41,988 nt of DNA from a virus. Lineage: Duplodnaviria > Caudoviricetes. The translations under genes were made by a program, and so were the position numbers. The stretch covers positions 1 to 41,988 of IMG/VR virus record IMGVR_UViG_3300011335_000320, one strand, 5' to 3'. Each line of letters begins with the position of its first letter. Position 1 is the first letter of the stretch. Of the stretch, positions 29,670 through 36,462 are shown piece after piece. The notes below the pieces were generated by a model that was not told where the DNA came from, ran no database searches, and worked only from the letters and a program-made list of their open reading frames with translations.

Positions 29670-30121
29670 GCACGGGCCTCCTCTGCATTACTAGCACGTT
29701 GCCTCAAGCTTTCATCTAATTGAACAATTAAATCTGCGATGTCTGAGTCAACTAGGTGCAACTTCTTAGTCCAACGGGCGATAGTCAACTGAAGGTCGTG
29801 GACAAACTCCTCTTTCATTGAAACGCTTGTCATTACATCAGCAACCATCCTGTAGCCACCACCCGTTTCACGGTCTGATGGCAGGCTTACAAATGCCCGT
29901 ACATGTGTTGGCTCATCTGACAACACAGTGATTCGACATCTTTGGATCAGGGTTCTAGCCTGTTCCCTGCGGTATTGAACAGCCGCCTCTGAGTCATCCC
30001 ATTCAAAATGACTGTGCAGAATACTGCCTTCGTTTTGAGCCTCTTTGATAACGTCATCAATCATCAGCACCCCGCCATTGCGACGTGCCATCTTCTCTAA
30101 CAGTTTTCTTTCTTCGTTCAT
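29666..30121 (-). CDS. Conserved phage protein directly downstream of the GGY-NN array; candidate accessory protein of the RAMP/array system
   Basis: AAGGAG Shine-Dalgarno; motif LHSHFEWDDSEAAVQYRREQARTLI...VRAFVS...GYR. Confidence 0.7.
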   Translation of the reverse strand: MNEERKLLEKMARRNGGVLMIDDVIKEAQNEGSILHSHFEWDDSEAAVQYRREQARTLIQRCRITVLSDEPTHVRAFVSLPSDRETGGGYRMVADVMTSVSMKEEFVHDLQLTIARWTKKLHLVDSDIADLIVQLDESLRQRASNAEEARA

Positions 30122-30149
30122 AGTTTCTCCTTAGTGTTTAAACATAAAT

Positions 30150-30778
30150 GCCTGCTTTACCATGCCCAACCGATCCTTGCCGATACGAGCCGCTCCATGC
30201 CTGCCATACTGCGCCACGCTGCTCCGAGCCAAGCCCATCCTAGCCACGCCTGCCCTGCCCTACCACGCTATGCCTAGCCGAGCCATGCCTGCCTCTCTAC
30301 TCCAAGCCACGCCGTGCCTCGCCTAGCCTTGCCTGCCTCACCGTGCTTCGCCCAGCCTCGCCTCTCCAAGCCTGCCGTACAGAGCCTTACCAGTCCTCGC
30401 CCTTCCACGCCTTGCCTCCCGTACCAAACCTGCCCATACCTTGCCATGCCTAGCCTTGCCATGCCTGCCAAACCTAACTCCGCCGTGCCCCACTTTTCCC
30501 GGCCATGCCTGTCCATACCTGCTATGCCTAGCCATGCCTCACCTCACAGTGCCTCGCCTTGCCTTGCCTGCCTCACCAAACCTGTCCCGAACAGACCTGT
30601 CCACGACGCACCTCTCCGCGCCTGCTACGCCAAACCCAGCCCGACCGCACCGCGCCATGCCACTCTGATCCCCGCCTGCCATACCAAACCAAGCCGTAAC
30701 GAACCTCGCCGCGCCTAGCCTGCCGTGCCGGAATGAGCCTCTCCGTACCAAGCCGAGCCGCTCCTAGCCCAGCCTTCC
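30150..30778 (-). ncRNA. Array of 13 putative guide-RNA units made of GGY-NN pentamers (VIPR-like guide array)
   Basis: Parsed by hand. There are 14 delimiters (GGCAGGC or close variants) at + positions 30150, 30199, 30248, 30287, 30331, 30370, 30414, 30463, 30517, 30566, 30620, 30674, 30718 and 30772. Spacings are 49,49,39,44,39,44,49,54,49,54,54,44,54, all of the form 5n+4, giving 114 pentamers. The repeat structure is directly visible; RNA function is inferred. Confidence 0.8.
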
Positions 30779-30790
30779 TTGGTTTAAACG

Positions 30791-31453
30791 TTACTCAATG
30801 CCAAACTTAGCTTTGATTGCGTTTTCTCGGTCACTCTCTACAACTTGAAACAAACCGAACCCACATCCGGCACTAGCCTTACTGTCGGGTCTGCCTGCTC
30901 CAATCCCTACTTGCAAGCCACAACGGCTAATCAAGTTAATTACATCCACAGTTTTAAACTGATCCATGTCAAAACGAATACGCAGTTTGACTGCCCACTC
31001 CTTGTACATAGGGCGTGAACGCACATCTACTACGCCCGTAGCATTACGGGTGTGTGCCGTATAGGTGTCGCTCTTGCCGTAGACCCGAACAAGTGGAATT
31101 CCATCCTGTTGATCCCAACCATCAGCTTCCACAAAGGTGGATAGCTTTGCAAGCGTCATCTTGAATCCAACTAAACGACACGCAGAAATCATCGCAGCAC
31201 GAAACGATGCAGCGTTTACACCTTCCCAGCCCTGCATACTGCGGTAACGTGCATCCTCTGCTTCCTTCTCGTAGTCCCGTGCATCACGAACCTTTTTACT
31301 GCCTGCTGATTTGCCCTCTTGCATCTTTGCCATCAGTTCTGCTTTCTTGCTGAACCGTTCAACTACTAGCGGTGCAATGCCCTCTAGGTAAACGTCCACA
31401 GTTGCAAACTTTGGTGGGGAAATAACGTATGTTGTTTCAATTTCTTTAGCCAT
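30791..31453 (-). CDS. Stand-alone RAMP/Cas7-like RNA-binding protein (Vipr-like)
   Basis: RAMP hallmarks: first strand VDVYLEGIAPLVV, GVNAASFRAAMISA (compare the IPGSSLKGALR motif), and a C-terminal glycine-rich loop GLQVGIGAGRP...GCGFGLFQV. Confidence 0.75.
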   Translation of the reverse strand: MAKEIETTYVISPPKFATVDVYLEGIAPLVVERFSKKAELMAKMQEGKSAGSKKVRDARDYEKEAEDARYRSMQGWEGVNAASFRAAMISACRLVGFKMTLAKLSTFVEADGWDQQDGIPLVRVYGKSDTYTAHTRNATGVVDVRSRPMYKEWAVKLRIRFDMDQFKTVDVINLISRCGLQVGIGAGRPDSKASAGCGFGLFQVVESDRENAIKAKFGIE

Positions 31454-31477
31454 TTTGATACTCTCTCTTTATAAAAT

Positions 31478-31684
31478 TTAATGATTTAGTTTATTTAACA
31501 TTTCGTCTGTCAGTTCTCTCACTCGCATCAACGCCGCTTCCATATCTGCTTTGTGTTTAAACTCACGTGTAATGGCCAGCTTAATGTTGGCCAGTGTTGC
31601 GTACATATCTGCGCCTTTGAGGGCAAACATTAGTTTGTTTTCATCTTCCGGATAATCAAACTCCAAGATTGCTTTAGGCTTCAT
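31478..31684 (-). CDS. Hypothetical protein
   Basis: Start moved to ATG 31684 (MKPKAILEFDYPED), giving an ATGA overlap. Confidence 0.65.
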   Translation of the reverse strand: MKPKAILEFDYPEDENKLMFALKGADMYATLANIKLAITREFKHKADMEAALMRVRELTDEMLNKLNH

Positions 31685-31884
31685 GGCGTGTAAACATTCA
31701 TTACAAGAACAATTACCGCTATAGCTAAAACGCAGATGCAAGCCCAAATTAAGTTTTCATCATGGGGTGAGTCACCCAGTAGCGTGGACTGAATCCACAA
31801 CTCCTCAGGTGTAACCTCGTGAACTGGTTGCTGATACATACAACCAATCAAAACCTTGCCAGTGTTATACGGTGTTTTTTGCAT
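31681..31884 (-). CDS. Small membrane-anchored hypothetical protein
   Basis: TPYNTGKVLIG N-terminus and a hydrophobic C-terminal helix. Confidence 0.65.
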   Translation of the reverse strand: MQKTPYNTGKVLIGCMYQQPVHEVTPEELWIQSTLLGDSPHDENLIWACICVLAIAVIVLVMNVYTP

Positions 31885-32080
31885 ATGTCTCTTCCTTACG
31901 TGCGCGTCTAAGCCAAAACCCCCGTTGGCTCTTAACCATTTTCTTGATTAACATTTCCTCAGGGGTGGCACAACGTCTATCCTTACCATGTTCGCCAATG
32001 CGGTGCATATCAAACGACTCATTGCTAGAAAAGTATTCATTGCAACTTCGGCATTGGTTCCTTGTTCCATTAAGTTTCAC
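31865..32080 (-). CDS. FDxHR-motif zinc-binding phage protein
   Basis: GTG start with GGAGGT Shine-Dalgarno; CRSC...FDMHR...RRC. Confidence 0.65.
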   Translation of the reverse strand: MKLNGTRNQCRSCNEYFSSNESFDMHRIGEHGKDRRCATPEEMLIKKMVKSQRGFWLRRARKEETYAKNTV

Positions 32081-32378
32081 TTGGAACCTCCAATCTGCGT
32101 TCGACTGCAAGCTCTTCAACAATCAGTTCAGCAAATGATTTACCTGACGGGAACCTCATCTTGGCCGCATTGTTTTGATTGACCACCGCAATGGCCTTCT
32201 CAATCCCTGCGTTAAACCCTGATGTGTATGGATCCCCGCTGGACATGCGACTGTCAATCGCCTCCCGAATCATCTGAGCCATCGTGATCTTTTTAAGCTT
32301 GGCAAACTTCTTCATACGCAGATGCTCGTCTTCTGAGACATAAGTCATGAACGGTTTAAACTTCTTAAAATGGGTCAT
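32070..32378 (-). CDS. Ribbon-helix-helix (CopG-like) DNA-binding protein
   Basis: FMTYVSEDEHLRMKKFAK...TMAQMIREAID. Confidence 0.55.
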   Translation of the reverse strand: MTHFKKFKPFMTYVSEDEHLRMKKFAKLKKITMAQMIREAIDSRMSSGDPYTSGFNAGIEKAIAVVNQNNAAKMRFPSGKSFAELIVEELAVERRLEVPSET

Positions 32379-32757
32379 CGACTACTTTCGGTTTTTTGTA
32401 TTCATGGAGCAGTGCATCAAACTTAGCTATGGCCGCTGTATTTCCATGCAGCTCAGTACGCGACTCAATATCACAACGTTTACACAACATGTGTGTAGCA
32501 TCGATCTCGTTATCGCATAACAGAAACTCTTGGAAGTTAGGGTCGCGGCACAACATCCCAGCTTTAGCAACTCGGTTGTCGTACTGCACAGGTGATTCAT
32601 CATCATTGATGCGAACCACCGCACAGGCGTATCTCGCCCCAACAAAGTCACGCAGAATCTCTTCCGGTACTTCGTCAGGGTGCAGAGAGAGCGTCAAGAT
32701 AAAACCAGTACGGTCTTGCTTGAGCGCTACCTTGCGGGCTTCAAACTGAAGCGCCAT
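32365..32757 (-). CDS. Conserved hypothetical phage protein
   Basis: GGAG Shine-Dalgarno before ATG 32757 (MALQFEARKVALKQ). Confidence 0.65.
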   Translation of the reverse strand: MALQFEARKVALKQDRTGFILTLSLHPDEVPEEILRDFVGARYACAVVRINDDESPVQYDNRVAKAGMLCRDPNFQEFLLCDNEIDATHMLCKRCDIESRTELHGNTAAIAKFDALLHEYKKPKVVDDPF

Positions 32758-33112
32758 TTTTCTCTCCAAGGCGTGATTCAAGGTAGGAAATGACGTACTC
32801 CAGTCCTGAGTGATGCAATCTCAAATCTTTAATCTGTTGCGTCAAGTTTGTAATTCTTTGCTCATTGAATTCAGCTAAATTTTTCCATTTATCCAGCTGA
32901 CTGTTTAAACGAACAATTTCTTTGCGCAATGTTTCTTGACCGGCAGTTGGTGTTGGGTCTACAGGCTTTGCCACTTTTCTCTTATTTTGTTTGTCAGCAT
33001 GTAACACTTGGTAAACATATGTGGTTTTAACGCCACAGGCCTTGGCAACATCGCTTGGCTTGTGTGTGGGATTGGCTTGTTTGTAGCCACGAATCTGTTC
33101 TGCTTTATTCAT
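32741..33112 (-). CDS. HTH plus coiled-coil protein
   Basis: AAGGAG Shine-Dalgarno before ATG 33112; KPSDVAKACGVKTTYVYQV helix-turn-helix. Confidence 0.6.
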   Translation of the reverse strand: MNKAEQIRGYKQANPTHKPSDVAKACGVKTTYVYQVLHADKQNKRKVAKPVDPTPTAGQETLRKEIVRLNSQLDKWKNLAEFNEQRITNLTQQIKDLRLHHSGLEYVISYLESRLGEKNGASV

Positions 33113-33122
33113 AACTCTCTCC

Positions 33123-33452
33123 TTAAAATGGAATGCTACTATCATCCTCAGGATGAGCCTGAGCTTGGTTCTCATAGCGCTTGCCGCCCTGTTCCTCAGG
33201 AACAAAACGGTTCACTGCCAGTGACAAGTAAGTCTTGCCGTTGGTTTCACTAACCTTCTTCCATCCGGACAGCTTGATCACCGTCAACCCGTTCACAGTC
33301 TTGATGTTGGTCAAGTCTTTTAGGTTTAAAGCGATACTGCCAAAGTAATCGGGGGACTCAGCCGATTTCTTAATTTGCGTAGCATGTAGGTTGCCGGAGT
33401 CGGGACGCTCCTCAAAGGGCTTGTTGTAGGTCTTCTTTGGGTAATTGCTCAT
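33123..33452 (-). CDS. Putative single-stranded DNA-binding protein
   Basis: PDYFG...LSGWKK...GKTYLSLAV core with an acidic EDDSSIPF tail; adjacent to the annealase. Confidence 0.7.
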   Translation of the reverse strand: MSNYPKKTYNKPFEERPDSGNLHATQIKKSAESPDYFGSIALNLKDLTNIKTVNGLTVIKLSGWKKVSETNGKTYLSLAVNRFVPEEQGGKRYENQAQAHPEDDSSIPF

Positions 33453-34153
33453 TTTGTTTCCTCAGTTAGTTGTTGCTTCAAGGTTTTGAAGCGGCTTAAA
33501 ATCTCCTCGTACAGAGGAGGGTGCGTGACCTTCAGCGAATCAAGCTGAAGTTCATTGCTCTTCCAGTAGCTGTTTAAACCTGCTACTGTGGTGCAGTGGG
33601 TAGTCCACTCAATCATTCCTTCGGTAAACAACTTGCGGCTCTCGTCAGAGGGATCCCATTCGGTCGGTTGGGCTTTGACCTTAGGCGCAGTCTTGGCAAT
33701 GATCTTCTCGTACTTAGGGCCGTCTTCTTTCTTGGTCAGTTCGCCCATGGTCGATGGCTTGGCATCCTCTTCCGGTAAATCTTCTCCGGCATAGATGTAC
33801 AAAGAAAGGCCATGCAGTGCAAGCGCCTTGGTCATGCAACGCATGATGGCCGTATTGACCTGAAACGCATCAGGATTAGGAATGGGTTGGTTACGGTGGT
33901 TCATCACTGGCAACATGCATGTGCGTGCTTGGCCAAGCATCGTCACGGTGACCCACACCATGCCTGTGCCATTCACATCCATATAGGGCATCTGCGTGTA
34001 TTGATCACGGGCAAATGTATGTACAGTAAATGTAGCGGTAGGGTCGGCTTTGAGAGCCTCAGCCCATCCCCACGCCCATGAAAGGTACGTCAGGCCATTC
34101 TTTTTTTCAGTGTGCTCATTGACGTTAATCTTGAGTAAATCATGCGGTGACAT
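33449..34153 (-). CDS. Sak3/DUF1071-like single-strand annealing protein
   Basis: LLKINVNEHTEKKNGLTYLSWAW, LPVMNHRN, NTAIMRCMTKALALHGL.LYIYAGEDLP; start moved to ATG 34153. Confidence 0.8.
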   Translation of the reverse strand: MSPHDLLKINVNEHTEKKNGLTYLSWAWGWAEALKADPTATFTVHTFARDQYTQMPYMDVNGTGMVWVTVTMLGQARTCMLPVMNHRNQPIPNPDAFQVNTAIMRCMTKALALHGLSLYIYAGEDLPEEDAKPSTMGELTKKEDGPKYEKIIAKTAPKVKAQPTEWDPSDESRKLFTEGMIEWTTHCTTVAGLNSYWKSNELQLDSLKVTHPPLYEEILSRFKTLKQQLTEETK

Positions 34154-35006
34154 TGATTTCTCCTTGGTACTGTTTACACCACTTGCTGACTCCACAGAAA
34201 TCTCCTGTGCAGCGCTTGGGTTCTCCTTGGCGGGTTTCGACATATCCTTTTTCCTTTTCTGCCAACTCTGTGGCTTCTTCAATAGTTTTAAACAAACGGA
34301 TCGCAGACTTGCGTCCCTCTCTCTTCACAGCAAAGACGGCTTCGGTCATCCATCTTTCCTCATCGGTGCAAGCCTGTAGCTCCTCACCAAATTCATGATT
34401 AACCTTGGCGTTGCGGTGCATCTCTAAACGCTTACGCACATAGGTTTCTGTGGTCACTGAGTCCCACATCGGTATATCAATCATCACTGCCTCAGCTTCG
34501 GGGTAGCCTTCTGAGGTGTCGTAGGCTGAGTAATCCTTGACGATCGCGCAGATCTGTAGCCCCTTCACAGGCACACGCTTAACAGATTCCACAAGCCACT
34601 TGTAGATATTCAACTGCGTTGTCCAGTCATCCTTGCCCTGCTTGACCGACCAAGCCTTGACGAACTTGTAGTCGATGATCACGACCCCGCCCTCAACTTG
34701 TTGTTGGAGGTCAATCGCACCGCTGATCACCACGCCATCAATCTCTGTAAAGATGCGCTCCTCGTTGGTGTAGCCCTCACACTCCTTGGCTTCAAGCTTG
34801 CCGTGCATGAACGTGCCTAGCTGAGAGGCGATCATTTTGGTAACGTCAATCTCCATATCAGCATCGTACTGTTCGCGCAACCTTCTGATCTTTGGTGGCG
34901 ACATTAGCTCTGTTACGCTATACTGTGAAGCACCCTTGCTGTAGTAGTTACGTGAGAGCAAAGCCACTAACGGTGCGGGTAGGTTCTGCTTGTTGGTTAT
35001 CTTCAT
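34140..35006 (-). CDS. PD-(D/E)XK (Cas4/RecB-like) exonuclease
   Basis: SVTEL, GTFMH, ISGAID, IIDYK, QLNIY and a C-terminal Cys cluster; start moved to ATG 35006 with GGAG Shine-Dalgarno. Confidence 0.8.
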   Translation of the reverse strand: MKITNKQNLPAPLVALLSRNYYSKGASQYSVTELMSPPKIRRLREQYDADMEIDVTKMIASQLGTFMHGKLEAKECEGYTNEERIFTEIDGVVISGAIDLQQQVEGGVVIIDYKFVKAWSVKQGKDDWTTQLNIYKWLVESVKRVPVKGLQICAIVKDYSAYDTSEGYPEAEAVMIDIPMWDSVTTETYVRKRLEMHRNAKVNHEFGEELQACTDEERWMTEAVFAVKREGRKSAIRLFKTIEEATELAEKEKGYVETRQGEPKRCTGDFCGVSKWCKQYQGEINVTA

Positions 35007-35024
35007 CTTCTCTCCGAGGTTGTT

Positions 35025-35462
35025 ATGAATCCGAATCTCAATAATAGTGATGTTACTACAGAATTGCAAGTGCTATCACAAATTATTTTTGGTGAGCCAG
35101 CCTCAAAAGCAAATTCTCGGAGGGTTGTGCGCTATGGAGCAATGTCCCGACTGATTAAGTCTGCTAAAGCATTAAGTTACAGTGATGCTTTTAGACAACA
35201 GTGCGGGAAACTACCTACACTAATGACGGGGGATCTGCGGGTTACTCTGCACATTTTTTATGCGTCAAGGCGACCCGACTTGGATGAGAGCCTGATCCTT
35301 GACCTGATGCAAGGGTTGATCTATGAGAACGATCGTCAGGTTAAGGAGAGGCATTGCTACTGGGGGCTAGACCCTGAGAACCCAAGGGCTGAGATCATCA
35401 TTGAAAAGATCCCTGAGGTAGCGCCCAAAAAAAACCCCACCAAGCGAACTCGGAGGGGTTAA
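35025..35462 (+). CDS. rusA: RusA-like Holliday junction resolvase (true start may be GTG 35070)
   Basis: GEPASKANSRR, RRPDLD, LILDLMQG.IYENDRQV. Confidence 0.75.
   Translation: MNPNLNNSDVTTELQVLSQIIFGEPASKANSRRVVRYGAMSRLIKSAKALSYSDAFRQQCGKLPTLMTGDLRVTLHIFYASRRPDLDESLILDLMQGLIYENDRQVKERHCYWGLDPENPRAEIIIEKIPEVAPKKNPTKRTRRG
35041..35069 (-). promoter_or_regulatory. Sigma70-type promoter for the leftward operon, which contains the RAMP gene and array
   Basis: Minus strand TTGCAA-N17-TATTAT, about 35 nt upstream of ATG 35006. Confidence 0.55.
35427..35460 (-). terminator. Rho-independent terminator
   Basis: Minus strand AACCCCTCCGAG-TTCG-CTTGGTGGGGTT followed by a T-tract. Confidence 0.7.
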
Positions 35463-35704
35463 CTCAACATAGGCAACTGCTGAGGAGAGAGTGAAACAAT
35501 GGGTTGATTATACGGGAGTTTCGTCAGCTCCGAAATTCTCCTTTTCCTCCGTTTTCGGCGATTCCCGGTGAGACATCTTGTGTTTAAACGCATAAAACTA
35601 CACGCCGGGGCCATCTTTTTGATGTTTAAACGCTAACAGCAAAAGCGGCAATAAGTACTTGTGTCACGCTAACCGGCTAAGGTGAAAATATTTTTTGATA
35701 CCGC

Positions 35705-35735
35705 TTGACACAACCAGACTAGTTGTGCTTATAAT
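35705..35735 (+). promoter_or_regulatory. Sigma70 promoter with consensus hexamers, a 19-bp spacer and an overlapping dyad
   Basis: TTGACA at 35705-35710 and TATAAT at 35730-35735; dyad CACAAC-N7-GTTGTG at 35709-35727. Confidence 0.65.
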
Positions 35736-35740
35736 TAAAA

Positions 35741-36155
35741 CGTTGCCGTAGGAAGCAATGATTTAAAGCCGTTACACATGCTCTCGCCCTTGGTCTTTAC
35801 CTTTGGGTTCCTACCGAGGGCAGTTGTAACGGCTTTTGTCATTTTGAGACTAGGACTGTGCAATGGGTTAGCGCCATTGCATCTGCTCCTTTCGTTTTGA
35901 AACACACTGCTTTATGTGAAGCAGTCCTAGTCTCACCCCTCCTACGACAACCGTACTCCAGACGTTACTAAGGGGTAGACATCTGCCTGCGTGGAAGCAA
36001 AGGGTTACGTGGTATGCGCAAGCTAGGGGGCAGTTCCCGAACAATCCACGGTGCTGGTCGTATCTGCAAGCACAGGGGTTAAGAAATTAACATGCAGAAG
36101 CCCTAACGGGCGGTGAAACCATCCCTCCTTACTCCTTGGGGTAGGGGGGTCTATG
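35741..36155 (+). ncRNA. Structured non-coding leader or ncRNA(s); the first part resembles c4-antisense-type RNAs
   Basis: Perfect stems AAAGCCGTTACA/TGTAACGGCTTT (35765-35836) and TGAGACTAGGACTG/CAGTCCTAGTCTCA (35845-35935), plus further hairpins; no ORF in the track covers it. Confidence 0.55.
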
Positions 36156-36201
36156 GGTGAAAATTAACAAAAGCCCCGCCAAGGGGCGTAAAGGAGAGAG
36201 C

Positions 36202-36462
36202 ATGAAATACAACGCAGAGCAAGTAGCCTTTATGTTGCATGAGGCAATAGACCAAAACCGTGAGTACAAGTCATGGCACTGCAGTACTCAGCACCTGATG
36301 ACCCTTGTTGAAAGGGTTGTTGCTGAAGAGCGTGATGCGTGTGCGGATTTAAGAAACATGCTCCACGGCTTTGATGGCAAAGGACGACAAGAAATGGTTG
36401 ATGCAATGAACAAAGGGCTTGACGAGTATCAAGCCGCCATCCGAGCAAGGGGCAACTCATGA
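36202..36462 (+). CDS. Hypothetical protein
   Basis: AAGGAG Shine-Dalgarno before ATG 36202; AEERDACA...AAIRARG motif. Confidence 0.65.
   Translation: MKYNAEQVAFMLHEAIDQNREYKSWHCSTQHLMTLVERVVAEERDACADLRNMLHGFDGKGRQEMVDAMNKGLDEYQAAIRARGNS

Noticed and set aside
30274-30751. Five overlapping ORFs on both strands across the repeat region
   Set aside because: They are by-products of a stop-poor 5-nt periodic repeat. The 5-nt period and 4-nt breaks do not fit codon structure, and the translations are low-complexity.
30150-30778. Canonical CRISPR array or simple microsatellite
   Set aside because: There is no 23-47-nt direct repeat with contiguous spacers, and the pentamers vary at fixed positions with no repeated unit strings, unlike slippage repeats.
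34140-35006. Cas4-like nuclease as part of a CRISPR adaptation module
   Set aside because: It sits with the Sak3-like annealase and SSB in a standard phage recombination cassette 2.7 kb from the RAMP gene, and there is no cas1 or cas2. A role in array diversification is not excluded but has no support.
35859-35881. Pistol ribozyme (the hairpin loop resembles GGUUAGGGCC)
   Set aside because: The required downstream pseudoknot partner is missing; CGCTAAC occurs only upstream of the promoter.
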